From Alphaproteobacteria bacterium (GTDB taxonomy: Bacteria > Pseudomonadota > Alphaproteobacteria > SMXQ01): a stretch of DNA of 64,000 bases. Below are positions 32,163 through 43,151 of this stretch, in pieces. The stretch is from positions 593 through 64,592 of the forward strand of contig SMXQ01000078.1 in assembly GCA_004356985.1 (NCBI GenBank). The letters are read 5' to 3'. Under the pieces are notes generated by a model. It had not been told where the DNA came from. It made no database searches and saw only the letters and a program-made list of their open reading frames with translations. The position numbers were made by a program, and so were the translations under genes. Each line of letters opens with the position of its first letter. Positions within the stretch are counted from its first letter, which is position 1.

Positions 32163-32206
32163 GGGCGCATCCCGGTCAATTTAGCCCATTTGACCGGGAT
32201 GCGCCC
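32163..32206. repeat. Perfect 17-bp inverted repeat between gap and pgk
   Basis: GGGCGCATCCCGGTCAA-N10-TTGACCGGGATGCGCCC. Confidence 0.9.
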
Positions 32207-32208
32207 GG

Positions 32209-33216
32209 TTAGCCGAGCTTCCCCACCATGGCCGCGACGTCGGCCATGCGGTTGGAAAAGCCCCATTCGTTGTCGTACCAGCTGAGCACCCGGACCAAGC
32301 GGCCCTCGATCACCTGGGTTTCCGCCAGGTCGAAGATGGAACTCGCGGGATTGTGGTTGAAATCACTGGAAACCAGGGGCTCGTCGGTGGTGGCGAGGAT
32401 CCCCTTCAGCGGCCCCCGGGCGGCCTTGACCATGGCCGCATTGATGCCTTCGACGGTGGCCCGCTTGTTGGGCACGAAGGTGAGATCCACTAAGGACACG
32501 TTGATGGTGGGCACCCGCACGGCGGTGCCGTCGAGCTTGCCCGCGAGGTCCGGCAGCACCAATCCCACCGCCTTGGCGGCGCCGGTCGAGGTGGGGATCA
32601 TGTTGTGGGCCGCCGCCCGGGCGCGCCGGAGATCGCCGTGCAGGGTATCGTGGATGCGCTGATCGCCGGTATAGGCGTGGATGGTGGTCATGAAGCCGCG
32701 CTGGATGCCGAAGGCACGGTGCAGCACATAGGCCACCGGCGCCAGGCAATTGGTGGTGCACGACGCGTTGGAAATGATCCGGTGGCTTTTCCTGAGCCTT
32801 TTGTGATTGACGCCCATGACCACGGTGATGTCTTCGCCGCTGGCGGGGGCCGAGATCAGCACCCGCTTGGCGCCCGCCTCCAGGTGCTTGCCCGCCGCCT
32901 CGCGCTTGGTGAAGAGGCCGGTGCATTCCAGCGCCACATCGACCTCGAACTTCCCCCAGGGCAGGTGCGCCGGGTCGCGGACGGCCAAGACCGGGACCGT
33001 GCCGCGGCCGAAATTTATGCCCGTCTTGGTGGCCCGGACCCTGCCGGGGAACCGGCCGTGCACCGAATCGTATTTGAGCAGGTGGGCATTGGTCTCGATG
33101 GAACCGAGGTCGTTGATGGCGACCACCTCGATGTCGCGCCGGCTCCGTTCATGAATGGCCCGGAGAACGAGACGCCCGATGCGCCCGAACCCGTTGATGG
33201 CGACCCGTGTCGGCAT
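32209..33216 (-). CDS. gap: Glyceraldehyde-3-phosphate dehydrogenase type I
   Basis: [30 protein letters not shown]. Confidence 0.98.
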   Translation of the reverse strand: MPTRVAINGFGRIGRLVLRAIHERSRRDIEVVAINDLGSIETNAHLLKYDSVHGRFPGRVRATKTGINFGRGTVPVLAVRDPAHLPWGKFEVDVALECTGLFTKREAAGKHLEAGAKRVLISAPASGEDITVVMGVNHKRLRKSHRIISNASCTTNCLAPVAYVLHRAFGIQRGFMTTIHAYTGDQRIHDTLHGDLRRARAAAHNMIPTSTGAAKAVGLVLPDLAGKLDGTAVRVPTINVSLVDLTFVPNKRATVEGINAAMVKAARGPLKGILATTDEPLVSSDFNHNPASSIFDLAETQVIEGRLVRVLSWYDNEWGFSNRMADVAAMVGKLG

Positions 33217-33238
33217 GATCCTCTCCCCTCTGATAAAT

Positions 33239-35278
33239 CTATCGGCCGCCGCGGCCTTTCGCCTCGAGGCAAGCCTTGGCCTTGGCGACCACCGCTTCGG
33301 CGGTGATGCCGAAATCCTCGAAAAGGTCCTTGGCCGGCGCCGATTTCCCGAAGCCGGTCATCCCCACTACGCCGCCGGCGGTGCCGACATAGCGTTCCCA
33401 GCCGAAGGCGGCGCCGGCTTCCACGGCGACGCGCACCGCGTCTGCGCCCAACACCGCTTCCCGGTCCGCCGCCGGCCGTTGGTCGAACAACTCCCAGCAC
33501 GGCATGGAGACCACCGCCGTCTCGATGCCCTGGGCGAGCAACTGGTCGCGGGCGGCGAGCGCGAGCGCCACTTCGGAACCGGTGGCGAGAAGGCTCACCG
33601 CGGCGGTGCCCGAAGGGGCGGCGGCCAGGACATAGCCGCCGCCGGCCGAAAGATTGGCGGCGGCGGCCTCGGTCCTGACCGGGCGCACGATCTGGCGGGT
33701 CAGCGCGATCAGCGAGGGCCGGTTCTTCTGCCCCAGGGCCAGGGCCCAGCACTCGGCGGTTTCCACCGCGTCGGCCGGGCGAAACACCGCCAGGTTGGGC
33801 ATGGCGCGCAGGCTCATCAAATGCTCCACCGGCTGGTGGGTGGGCCCGTCTTCGCCGAGACCGATGGAATCATGGGTCATGACGTAGATCACCCGGAGCC
33901 CCATCAGGGCGGCCAAGCGGATCGAAGGCCGGCAGTAATCGGTGAAAACCAGGAAGGTGCCGCTGTAGGGGATGATGCCGCCATGCAGCGCCATGCCGTT
34001 CATGGCCGCGGCCATGGCGTGTTCGCGCACGCCGTAATGGATGAAGCGCCCGGCGAAGTCGTTGCCGTCCAGCACGCCTTGGACCTTGGTCTTGGTGTTG
34101 TTGGAGCCCGTCAGGTCGGCCGACCCGCCGATCATTTCGGGCACCGCGGCGGTGATCACCTCGAGCACCTCCTGGGAGGCCTTGCGGGTGGCCCAGACCG
34201 GCGCCCGGTCGACCAAGGTCGCGATATGGCCGGAGACGGCGTCGTCGAAGCCGGCGGGCAGGTCGCCGGAAATGGCGCTCTCGAACTCCGCCCGCTGGCC
34301 CGCCGCCGCCAGGCGGCGGCGCCAGGCCGCGCGGGCCGAGGCGCCGCGCGCGCCGGCCGCGCGCCAGGCGTCCGCCACGTCATCGGGGATCTCGAAAGGC
34401 GGGCTGGTCCAGCCCAACGCCTCGCGGGTGGCTTGGACCTCTTCGGCGCCCAAGGGCGCGCCGTGGGTCGCGGCGGTGCCGCCCTTGGTGGGCGCGCCGA
34501 AGCCGATGGTGGTGGCAAGGGCGATGAACGACGGCCGGCCGCTTTGCCTGGCCGCACCGATCGCCGCGGCGATGGCGTCGGGGTCGTGGCCATCGGCGCT
34601 GGCGGTGTCCCAGCCATAGGCCTCGAAGCGCTTGGCGGTGTCTTCGGAGACGGTCATGGAGGTCGGGCCATCGATGCAGACCTTATTGTCGTCGAACAGC
34701 ACGATCAGGCGCGATAACCCCAGATGGCCGGCAAGGGAGGCGGCTTCGTGGCTGATGCCTTCCATGAGACAGCCGTCGCCGACCATGGCGTAGGTGTAAT
34801 GATCCACCAGTTCACCGCCGAAGCGCGCCGCGAGGTGACGCTCGGCGATGGCCATGCCGACGGCATTGGCGAACCCCTGGCCGAGCGGCCCGGTGGTGGT
34901 TTCGATGCCGGCGGCGGCGCCGAATTCGGGGTGGCCCGCGGTGCGGCTGTCCAGTTGGCGGAAATTCCGCATCTCGTCGATGGTGATGTCGGCGTATCCG
35001 GTGAGGTAGAGAACCGAATAGAGCAACATCGAGCCGTGGCCCGCCGACAACACGAAGCGGTCGCGGTCGGGCCAGGTGGGGTCCAAGGGATCGAACTTGA
35101 GGAACCGGGTGAACAGCACCGTCGCCATGTCGGCGGCGCCCATGGGCATGCCGGGATGCCCGGAGGCGGCGCGTTCCACCGCGTCCATGGCGAGGAAACG
35201 GATGGCGTTGGCCATCCGGTCGTGAAGCGCTGGATCGATGGGTGAAAGGCTCGCCTCCGGCGCCTCTGCCTCCGCCAC
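33239..35278 (-). CDS. tkt: Transketolase
   Basis: [33 protein letters not shown]; GTG start chosen after GGGAGG. Confidence 0.97.
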   Translation of the reverse strand: MAEAEAPEASLSPIDPALHDRMANAIRFLAMDAVERAASGHPGMPMGAADMATVLFTRFLKFDPLDPTWPDRDRFVLSAGHGSMLLYSVLYLTGYADITIDEMRNFRQLDSRTAGHPEFGAAAGIETTTGPLGQGFANAVGMAIAERHLAARFGGELVDHYTYAMVGDGCLMEGISHEAASLAGHLGLSRLIVLFDDNKVCIDGPTSMTVSEDTAKRFEAYGWDTASADGHDPDAIAAAIGAARQSGRPSFIALATTIGFGAPTKGGTAATHGAPLGAEEVQATREALGWTSPPFEIPDDVADAWRAAGARGASARAAWRRRLAAAGQRAEFESAISGDLPAGFDDAVSGHIATLVDRAPVWATRKASQEVLEVITAAVPEMIGGSADLTGSNNTKTKVQGVLDGNDFAGRFIHYGVREHAMAAAMNGMALHGGIIPYSGTFLVFTDYCRPSIRLAALMGLRVIYVMTHDSIGLGEDGPTHQPVEHLMSLRAMPNLAVFRPADAVETAECWALALGQKNRPSLIALTRQIVRPVRTEAAAANLSAGGGYVLAAAPSGTAAVSLLATGSEVALALAARDQLLAQGIETAVVSMPCWELFDQRPAADREAVLGADAVRVAVEAGAAFGWERYVGTAGGVVGMTGFGKSAPAKDLFEDFGITAEAVVAKAKACLEAKGRGGR

Positions 35279-35530
35279 GTTGTTAGCCCTCCCGGTGAAC
35301 AAATCGCGCGAAACGCGCGGCTCGGATTGTCAGACGGCACCCTGGTTGATAAGCAATCGCGCCGCCGGTGGCAACAGGTGAATCGCCTGTTTCCACCGCC
35401 ACGGCAAATTCCCGCCCAATCGAACCATTTGACGGTAAATCGCCGTTAGGCGGATTCTCGCCAAGTTCCCAGCGATGGGCTAAGGTGCCGCCCCGCCCCG
35501 CCCCCGTTTTCCGGCACCCCGAATCCGTCC

Positions 35531-36610
35531 ATGACCGATCTTTCCAGCCTCCGCCACCGGCTCCCCGGCATTCTCCGGGCCCTGGCCATCGGCATTCCCG
35601 CGGGCGCGCTGTTCGACTGGCTCGACACCCCCATTCCGTGGATGATCGGGCCGATGATCGCCGTGGCGGCGGTCAACCTCATGGGCAACACCGTGTTCGC
35701 CCCGCCCTACGCGCGCCAGACCGGGCAGGTGATCCTGGGGTCCGCGGTGGCGCTTTATTTCACGCCGCCGGTGGTGGCCGTCCTGGGCGCCAATCTGGGC
35801 GCCATCGCCGCCGCCACCGCATCGGCCTTCATGATCGGCGGGCTCGGCGCGCTGGTCCTCAGCCGGGTATCGGGGGTCGACGGCAAATCGGCGTTTTTCG
35901 CCTCGATCCCGGGCGGGGCCATGGCCATGGCGGTGCTGGCCGACCGCTACGGGGCCGCCATCCCGCCGGTGGCGGTCGCCCATAGCCTGCGCGTCTCCAT
36001 CGTCGTCATCGTCGTGCCCTTCGCCCTCACCTATGGCGGCATTCCGTTGGAGGCCGCCGCCTACCGCCCGCAACTGCCGCTGGAGGTGCTGATCCTGGTG
36101 CCCTGGATCGCTTTCGGCTTCCTGCTGGGCGAGATTTCCGAGCGCCTGGGGCTGGCCAACGGCTATCTTCTGACGCCCATTTTCTTCGGCGCGGCGCTCA
36201 CCCTGGGCGGCGTCGCGCTGTCCGCCGTGCCCTCTTGGATGACCGATTTCGCGCAGCTCATGTTCGGCCTGGTGCTGGGCGCGCGCTACGAGAGGGCCTT
36301 CTTCCTCCGCTACAAACTGTTCATCCCCTTCGCCCTGCTCAACTCGTTCTTCATCCTGATCGTCTCGGCGCTGGTGGCGCTGGTCTTGGCCTGGGCCTTC
36401 GGCCTGCCCATCGCCACCATGCTCATCGCCACCGCGCCGGGCGGCCTCGCCGAGATGACCATCTTAGCCCAGGCGCTTCAGGTGGGCGTGCCCGTGGTGG
36501 TGGCCTTCCACATATTCCGCGTGCTGGTGGTCAATATGGCGACGCCGTATATTTACACCCTCGGCCTATGGCTGCGCGCGCGGTTGCTCCGCGCCCAGCC
36601 CGGCCGCTAA
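35531..36610 (+). CDS. AbrB family membrane protein (E. coli AbrB-like)
   Basis: PIPWMIGPM and duplicated PGGAMAM / APGGLAEM motifs. Confidence 0.85.
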   Translation: MTDLSSLRHRLPGILRALAIGIPAGALFDWLDTPIPWMIGPMIAVAAVNLMGNTVFAPPYARQTGQVILGSAVALYFTPPVVAVLGANLGAIAAATASAFMIGGLGALVLSRVSGVDGKSAFFASIPGGAMAMAVLADRYGAAIPPVAVAHSLRVSIVVIVVPFALTYGGIPLEAAAYRPQLPLEVLILVPWIAFGFLLGEISERLGLANGYLLTPIFFGAALTLGGVALSAVPSWMTDFAQLMFGLVLGARYERAFFLRYKLFIPFALLNSFFILIVSALVALVLAWAFGLPIATMLIATAPGGLAEMTILAQALQVGVPVVVAFHIFRVLVVNMATPYIYTLGLWLRARLLRAQPGR

Positions 36611-36677
36611 CCGGCCCGCCGCCAGACCCTTTGGGTCTCCCGGCCAAGGCCCGGTCCAGGACGACGAGAGGAAGGCC

Positions 36678-37976
36678 ATGGCGAGCAGGATCAAGGACGG
36701 CCCCGAGGACGCGCCAAGGCGCCCGGCCGGCGACCAACCCACACCCCAACCGAAAGCTTTGCTCGACGGCCTGCGCGTGGTCGAGGGATCGGCCTTCGTG
36801 GCGGCGCCCCTGGGCGGCATGACCCTGGCCCAGTTGGGCGCCGACGTCATCCGTTTCGACCCCATCGGCGGCGGGCTCGATCACCGGCGCTGGCCGCTGA
36901 CCAAGGATGGCGCCAGCCTATTCTGGGCCGGGCTGAACAAGGGCAAACGGTCCATCGCCATCGACCTGGCGCGCCCCGAGGGCGCGGATCTGGCGACCCG
37001 CCTGATCACCGCGGAGGGCGAGGACCGGGGCATATTCCTGACCAATTTTCCGGCCCGCGGCTGGCTCGGCTACGACCGGCTGCGCGGCTTTCGCGAAGAC
37101 CTGGTGATGGTCAACGTCACCGGCGACCACCTGGGGCGTTCCGAGGTCGACTACACCATCAACGCGGCCATGGGATTCCCCATGGTGACCGGGCCCAAGG
37201 ACGCGGCCGGGCCGGTCAATCACGTGCTGCCGGCGTGGGACGCCATCACCGGCCTGTGGGCGGCCTGCGGCATCCTGGCGGCGGAACGCCAGCGCCGGGC
37301 GACCGGCCAAGGCCAGCTGGTGACCCTGGCCTTGGCCGACGTGGCGCTGGCGGTGACCGGCGCTCTCGGCATGATCGGCGAAGTGATGGTCAACGACCAG
37401 GACCGGGCGCGGCACGGCAACGATTTGTTCGGCGGCTTCGGCCGCGACTTCGCCACCGCCGACGGCCGGCGCATCATGGTGGTGGGCCTGACCGCGCGCC
37501 AATGGCAGGGGCTGGTGGCGGCGACCGGGTTGGCGGAGGAAATGGCGGCGCTGGGCGAGAAGCTCTCGCTCGACCTATCGGACCAGGGCAACCGCTTCAT
37601 CGCCCGCGATGAGATCGCCGCCCGGCTGGCGCCGTGGATCGGCGCCCGTTCCCTCGGCCAATGCGCCGAGGCCTTCGACGCCAACAATGTGTGCTGGGGG
37701 CCTTACCAGACCTTCCGCGAACTGGTCGAGAACGATCCCCGGTGTTCCACCGCCAATCCGCTGTTCGCCATGGTCGATCAGCCGGGAATCGGGCCTTTGT
37801 TGATGGCCGGGTCGCCGCTGGTGGGGGATGGCCTGGGGCGCCCGGCGCCGCGGCCGGCGCCGGCCCTTGGTGCCGATACCGACGCCGTGCTGGCCGAAGT
37901 GCTCGGTCTTTCCGCGGGCGAGATCGCCAAGCTCCATGATTCGGGTGTCGTCGCCGGCCCCGAAAAACGCCCCTGA
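36678..37976 (+). CDS. mct: Family III CoA transferase, probable mesaconyl-CoA C1-C4 transferase (2-methylfumaryl-CoA isomerase)
   Basis: VEGSAFVAAPLGGMTLAQLGADVIRFDPIGGGLD, FWAGLNKGKRS, VDYTINA, NHVLPAWD. Confidence 0.75.
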   Translation: MASRIKDGPEDAPRRPAGDQPTPQPKALLDGLRVVEGSAFVAAPLGGMTLAQLGADVIRFDPIGGGLDHRRWPLTKDGASLFWAGLNKGKRSIAIDLARPEGADLATRLITAEGEDRGIFLTNFPARGWLGYDRLRGFREDLVMVNVTGDHLGRSEVDYTINAAMGFPMVTGPKDAAGPVNHVLPAWDAITGLWAACGILAAERQRRATGQGQLVTLALADVALAVTGALGMIGEVMVNDQDRARHGNDLFGGFGRDFATADGRRIMVVGLTARQWQGLVAATGLAEEMAALGEKLSLDLSDQGNRFIARDEIAARLAPWIGARSLGQCAEAFDANNVCWGPYQTFRELVENDPRCSTANPLFAMVDQPGIGPLLMAGSPLVGDGLGRPAPRPAPALGADTDAVLAEVLGLSAGEIAKLHDSGVVAGPEKRP

Positions 37977-38160
37977 GAACCCCTTGCGGTCCCGGTGCCG
38001 GGTTTGATGGTTTGGCGATAGGGCGGGGAAAATACGTATTCCCCTTGAAAATACGCCGATAAACGTTATTAGGGCGACCGGGTAGCCTTAAAATAACCAC
38101 AATGAGCCATCAAATAACCGCTCGGTAATTTTAGTCATCGGCACTGGGGGCCGGCCGTTC

Positions 38161-39123
38161 ATGGCAGCAATGATAGAAGTCGAGGGGCTATGCAAACGGT
38201 TTGGCTCGATCCAAGCCGTCGTCGACGTTTCGTTCAAGGTCGAGCGCGGCGAGGTGCTGGGGTTCCTCGGTCCCAACGGCGCCGGCAAGTCGACCGCCAT
38301 GAGGATGATCACCGGTTTCCTCGAGCCCGATTCCGGCACCGTGCGGCTGGAAGGCGTCGATATCCAGGATCAACCGATCGCCTCGCGGCAGAATCTCGGC
38401 TACATGCCGGAAGGGGCGCCCAGCTATCACGAAATGACGCCGCTGGGATTCCTCGGCTTCATCGCCGGCATTCGCGGGTTTTCCGGATCCGAGGCGGAAG
38501 ACCGCATCGCCACCGCAACCCAGCAGACCCAACTGGGCAGCGTGCTCTATCAGCCCATCGACACCCTGTCACGCGGGTTCAAGCGCCGGGTGGCCCTTGC
38601 CCAGGCGCTTTTGCACGATCCCGAAATCCTGGTTCTCGACGAACCGACCGACGGACTCGACCCCAACCAGAAACACGAAGTGCGGACCCTGATCCAGGAA
38701 ATGGCGCCGCGGAAGGCGATCATCATTTCCACCCACATCCTGGAAGAGGTGGACGCCGTGTGCTCCCGCGCCATCATCATCGCCCACGGGCGCATCGTCG
38801 CCGACGGCACGCCCGACGAGCTGGAATCCCGCTCCGATAGGCACATGGGCGTCTCCATCACGGCGACCCGGGAAACCTGCCAGCAACTGATGGCCGGCAT
38901 CAACGCTCTCGATGGGGTCGCCGAAGCCGAACTGGATTCCCGCGGCCTGTTCGTGAAGCCGGTGCGCGGCAGCGACATTCTCGACCCCGTGCGCGTCGTG
39001 GTCGGCCAGAGCGGGCTTTCGGTGGCCGACATCCGCGTTGAGCGGGGACGCCTGGAGGATGTGTTCCGCGCGGTGACCATTCCCAGCGGCACGGGGCCCA
39101 GCGGCACGGGGGACCGCCCATGA
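38161..39123 (+). CDS. ABC transporter ATP-binding protein (GldA-like)
   Basis: GPNGAGKST, LDEPTDGLDPNQ, ISTHIL. Confidence 0.9.
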   Translation: MAAMIEVEGLCKRFGSIQAVVDVSFKVERGEVLGFLGPNGAGKSTAMRMITGFLEPDSGTVRLEGVDIQDQPIASRQNLGYMPEGAPSYHEMTPLGFLGFIAGIRGFSGSEAEDRIATATQQTQLGSVLYQPIDTLSRGFKRRVALAQALLHDPEILVLDEPTDGLDPNQKHEVRTLIQEMAPRKAIIISTHILEEVDAVCSRAIIIAHGRIVADGTPDELESRSDRHMGVSITATRETCQQLMAGINALDGVAEAELDSRGLFVKPVRGSDILDPVRVVVGQSGLSVADIRVERGRLEDVFRAVTIPSGTGPSGTGDRP

Positions 39124-39854
39124 ACGTGATCTGGATATTGTTTCGCCGCGAGTTCGTGAGCTATTTCATCACCCCTATCGCCTATGTCTTCATCGTTTTT
39201 TTCCTGGGCCTTCTGGGCGCCATGACGTTTTTCCTGGGCGGCTTCTTCGATCGCGGCCAGGCCGACCTGGCCCCCTTCTTCGCCTTCCACACCTGGCTTT
39301 ATCTGCTCTTGATCCCGGCGATTTCCATGCGCCTTTGGTCCGAGGAACGCCAGACCGGCACCATCGAACTGCTGCTGACCCTGCCGGTGTCCGCCACCCA
39401 GGCGGTGATCGCGAAATTCCTCGCCGCCTGGGCTTTCGCCGCCATCGCGGTGGCGCTCACCTTTCCCTTCTGGATCACCGTCAACTACCTGGGCGAGCCC
39501 GACAACGGCATCATCATCGCCGGTTACGTGGGCTCCCTGGTGATGGTCGGCGCCTATCTCGCCATCGGCTCGTGCTTGTCGTCGGCCTCCAAGAACCAGG
39601 TCATCGCCTTCGTGCTGGCGGTTCTGGTGAGCCTGTTGTTCACGGTGGCGGGCACGCCCCTGGTCCTGGAGCTGGTCAGCGGCTGGGCGCCGGCCCTGGT
39701 GATCGACGTGATCGCCGGCCTGAGCTTCATCGCCAATTTCGATGCCATTTCCAAAGGCGTGCTGGATCTCGTCAACCTGATCTACTTCCTCTCGGTGATG
39801 ACGCTGTTCCTGTTCATCAACATCATCCTCGTCAACCTTTTGAAGGCGCGCTAG
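39120..39854 (+). CDS. ABC-2 permease (GldF-like)
   Basis: YFITPIAYV, MRLWSEERQTGTIELLLTLP. Confidence 0.9.
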   Translation: MNVIWILFRREFVSYFITPIAYVFIVFFLGLLGAMTFFLGGFFDRGQADLAPFFAFHTWLYLLLIPAISMRLWSEERQTGTIELLLTLPVSATQAVIAKFLAAWAFAAIAVALTFPFWITVNYLGEPDNGIIIAGYVGSLVMVGAYLAIGSCLSSASKNQVIAFVLAVLVSLLFTVAGTPLVLELVSGWAPALVIDVIAGLSFIANFDAISKGVLDLVNLIYFLSVMTLFLFINIILVNLLKAR

Positions 39855-39860
39855 GCAACC

Positions 39861-41900
39861 ATGGCCGGCATCGTTTCCCTGTTCGCCCCCATGAGCCGCC
39901 GCTCCCTGGCGCTTTGCAGCATCGTGCTCGCCGTGACCCTGTTCCTGTCGGTTAATATTCTTGCCCGGGGCATGCTGGTCGGGGCCAGGCTCGATCTCAC
40001 CGTGGACAAGCTGTTCACCCTGTCCCAAGGCACCCACAAGGTTCTGTCGCGAATCGACGAGCCGGTCACCCTGAGGCTCTATTTCTCCTCGATCCTCGGC
40101 AAGGAACTGCCGGGGCTTGCCAAATACTCCGGCCGGGTCAAGGACATGATCGGCGAATACGTCGCCAATGCCGGAGGCAAGGTCCGCCTGGTGGAGATCG
40201 ACCCGGTGGCCTATTCCGACGCCGAGGACGAAGCGGTGGCCTTCGGCCTGCGGGGGTTGCCTCTCGACCGAACCGGCGAACAGGTTTATTTCGGCCTGGT
40301 CGGCACCAATTCCACCGACGAGGAAGAGATCATCCCCTTCCTCTCGCCAAGCCGGGAACCCTATCTCGAATACGACCTCACCAAGATGGTCTTCCGCCTC
40401 GCCAATCCCAAGCGCAAGACCATCGGATTGATGTCCTGGCTGCCGGTGCGCGGCTTCCCGGGCTCGATGATGTCCAGGCTTTCGTCCATGGGCCGGCCGT
40501 GGCAGTTGGTGAGCCAGCTCGATCAGTTGTTCCAGGTGGACAACGTGCCCACCGATAGCGACGAAATCCCCAAGAAGATCGATGTTTTGTTCGTCTTGCA
40601 TCCGGCCGAGCTGGCCGAGAAGACGGCCTATGCCATCGACCAGTTCCTGCTGCGCGGCGGGCGGGCCTTGATCTTCGTCGATCCCCTGGCCGAGATCGCC
40701 CAGCGGGTGCCCGGCGCCGGCGGCAAGTTCGTGCCCACGAGCTCCGACCTCGGCCCCATCTTCAAGACCTGGGGCCTGGAATACGACAAGACCAAGGTGG
40801 TGGGCGACATGCTGGCGGCCCAGCGGGTCAATGCCGGCACCCGGGGCGGGAGGGCGGTGCCGCTGGAATATCCGGCCTGGCTGCAATTGAAGCGGACCAA
40901 CGTGGTGGGCGACGACCTGATCACCACCGAGATCGACAACATGTTGATGGCCAGCGCCGGCGCGCTCGGCTTCAAGGCGGGCAGCGGCCTCACCTTCACG
41001 CCCATCATCGCCACCTCCGAGCAATCCATGCTGCTCGAGGCCGAAGATCTCAAGGGCCGGCCCGACTTCGTCACCATCGTCAAAGATTTCAAGCCCTCGG
41101 GTAAACGCTATACCCTGGCGGCGCGCGTCTCGGGGCCCGTGGCCTCGGCCTACCCCAAGGGCCCGCCGCCGGTTGCCGCCTATATCAAGGTCAAGAAGAA
41201 AGACAAGAAAAAACCCGGCGAGGACGAAAAGGCCAAGCAGGCGGAACCGAGCGCGGCCGCCAAGAAGAAGGCCGAGACCCGGCGCGCGGCCCTGGCCAAG
41301 GTCCATCTCGCCAAGTCCAAGGGGTCGATTCATGCCGTGGTGTTCACCGATACCGACATGCTGCGCGATGAATTCTGGATCAGGGTCCAGAACCTGCTCG
41401 GTCAAACCATCACCATTCCGGTGTCCGACAACATGAACCTGGTCACCAACGCCATCGACAACATGACCGGATCCGACGAATTGATCGGCCTGCGTTCACG
41501 CGGCGTTTCGGTCCGCCCCTTCACCCTGGTGCAGGAAATGACCCGCAAGGCGGAGCTGGAACTCCGCGCCAAGGAACGCGAGCTTCAATCGCGGCAGGAT
41601 GAAACCGAACGCAAGCTTCGCCAGTTGCAATCCCCGGTCCGCGGCAAGGGCGACCGCGCCATCCTCAGCCGCAAGCAGCTCAAGGAAGTCGAAAAGTTCA
41701 AGGGTAAGCTGCTGACCATCCGCAAGGAGCTGCGCGCCGTGCAACTGGGCCTGCGCAAGGACATCGAAGAGCTCGAAGGCCGCTTGTGGTTCTTCAATAT
41801 CGGCCTGATTCCCTTCCTGGTGGCGCTGACGGCGGTGGTGTTGGGTCTCGCCCGCACCCGGCGGCGGCGCCAGCGCATGGAAACGGAAGCGCGGGGCTAG
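39861..41900 (+). CDS. GldG-family ABC auxiliary protein
   Basis: RLDLTVDKLFTLSQGT, YAIDQFLLRGG, LIGLRSRG, C-terminal coiled coil and TM helix. Confidence 0.85.
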   Translation: MAGIVSLFAPMSRRSLALCSIVLAVTLFLSVNILARGMLVGARLDLTVDKLFTLSQGTHKVLSRIDEPVTLRLYFSSILGKELPGLAKYSGRVKDMIGEYVANAGGKVRLVEIDPVAYSDAEDEAVAFGLRGLPLDRTGEQVYFGLVGTNSTDEEEIIPFLSPSREPYLEYDLTKMVFRLANPKRKTIGLMSWLPVRGFPGSMMSRLSSMGRPWQLVSQLDQLFQVDNVPTDSDEIPKKIDVLFVLHPAELAEKTAYAIDQFLLRGGRALIFVDPLAEIAQRVPGAGGKFVPTSSDLGPIFKTWGLEYDKTKVVGDMLAAQRVNAGTRGGRAVPLEYPAWLQLKRTNVVGDDLITTEIDNMLMASAGALGFKAGSGLTFTPIIATSEQSMLLEAEDLKGRPDFVTIVKDFKPSGKRYTLAARVSGPVASAYPKGPPPVAAYIKVKKKDKKKPGEDEKAKQAEPSAAAKKKAETRRAALAKVHLAKSKGSIHAVVFTDTDMLRDEFWIRVQNLLGQTITIPVSDNMNLVTNAIDNMTGSDELIGLRSRGVSVRPFTLVQEMTRKAELELRAKERELQSRQDETERKLRQLQSPVRGKGDRAILSRKQLKEVEKFKGKLLTIRKELRAVQLGLRKDIEELEGRLWFFNIGLIPFLVALTAVVLGLARTRRRRQRMETEARG

Positions 41901-41906
41901 ACCGCC

Positions 41907-43007
41907 ATGAACCCCAAATCCTTTCTCGCGCTCCTGGTGGTGACCATCGCCGCCGCCGCCGCCGCCGCCGCCATGATCGCCTCGCGCGACACCGGCACCG
42001 GCGTGCGCGGCGAAGGGACGGTGATGTTTCCCGGTCTCATCGGCAAGGTCAACGACGTGCGCCGGGTCAAGGTCACGCGGGGAACCGGCACGTCGACCCT
42101 GGTGGCTTCGACAAAAGACGGCAAGGACACCTGGAAGCTGATCGAGCTGTACGGCTATCCGGTGCCGCTGCTTTCGGTCCGCGCGGTGGCGGCGGGAATG
42201 GCCCAGGTCGCCCGCATCGAAGCCAAGACCACGCGGCCCGCCAATTACGCCAAGATCAGGGTCGAGGATCCCAAGGGCAAGGGCTCGCGCTCGGCCCGGG
42301 TGGAGCTGTTCGGCAGATCCGGCGAAAAGCTCGCCGATCTCATCGTCGGCATGGAGAAGCTCTCGCTCGGCGGCTTGGGCCAGCTTTATGTCCGCCGGCC
42401 CGGCGAGCAACGGGCCTGGCTCGCCCGGGGCAAGATCGCGGTGCCCGAAAAGCGCGCCGGCTGGGTCGATCAGATGATCGTCGAGATCGACCTCCCCCGG
42501 GTCCGCGAAACGACCCTGTTCACCACCGGCGATAAGCCGTTGCGGATCTTCAAGAAGGCCGAACGGGACCAGGATTTCATCGTCGAGGGCATGTCCGAGG
42601 ACCATGAGCTGAAAGAGCTGTTCGGCGCCGAGGACATATCCCGGTCGATCCAGAACCTGGCCTTCGAGGAAGTGCGCCCGGCCAAGGAAATCGGCATCGG
42701 CGTCACCGGGACGCCCCGGGTCCGCCATGTCACCTTCGACGGGCTGATCATCGAGGGCTGGATGAAGACGGTGGGCAAGAAGCGTTGGTTCACCTTCCGC
42801 GCCCGGCCCAACCCGGCACCGCTCGAGGGCGAAAAAGTCGAGGCGGCCAAGATCGCCGAGGAAGTGGCCAAGATCAGCCGCGTCAACGGCGGCTGGGCCT
42901 ATACCATTTCCAAGTTCGAGACCAAGAACATGTTCAAGACCCTGGACTCGTTGATCCAGCTCAAACCGGGCGCCAAGCCGGCCCCGGCCGACAACGGCGG
43001 CAAGTAG
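41907..43007 (+). CDS. DUF4340 domain protein
   Basis: N-terminal TM helix, YGYPV, YVRRPGEQRAWL; usual fourth gene of Gld-like ABC operons. Confidence 0.75.
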   Translation: MNPKSFLALLVVTIAAAAAAAAMIASRDTGTGVRGEGTVMFPGLIGKVNDVRRVKVTRGTGTSTLVASTKDGKDTWKLIELYGYPVPLLSVRAVAAGMAQVARIEAKTTRPANYAKIRVEDPKGKGSRSARVELFGRSGEKLADLIVGMEKLSLGGLGQLYVRRPGEQRAWLARGKIAVPEKRAGWVDQMIVEIDLPRVRETTLFTTGDKPLRIFKKAERDQDFIVEGMSEDHELKELFGAEDISRSIQNLAFEEVRPAKEIGIGVTGTPRVRHVTFDGLIIEGWMKTVGKKRWFTFRARPNPAPLEGEKVEAAKIAEEVAKISRVNGGWAYTISKFETKNMFKTLDSLIQLKPGAKPAPADNGGK

Positions 43008-43151
43008 CCCCCCGGATCGGCGCGGCGATCCGTCGCCGTAGACAACCCGCCCTATTATCCGCTATCACCCCACAGCCGGGACCGCGGGCTCTGCCCGGCG
43101 AGCGGATGACACGCCCCGCGAGGGCCAAGAAAAAAGGAAGTGGACGGCCTC

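Noticed and set aside
35531-36610. Ammonia monooxygenase
   Set aside because: AbrB-family membrane proteins often carry this label but show no AmoA/B/C motifs
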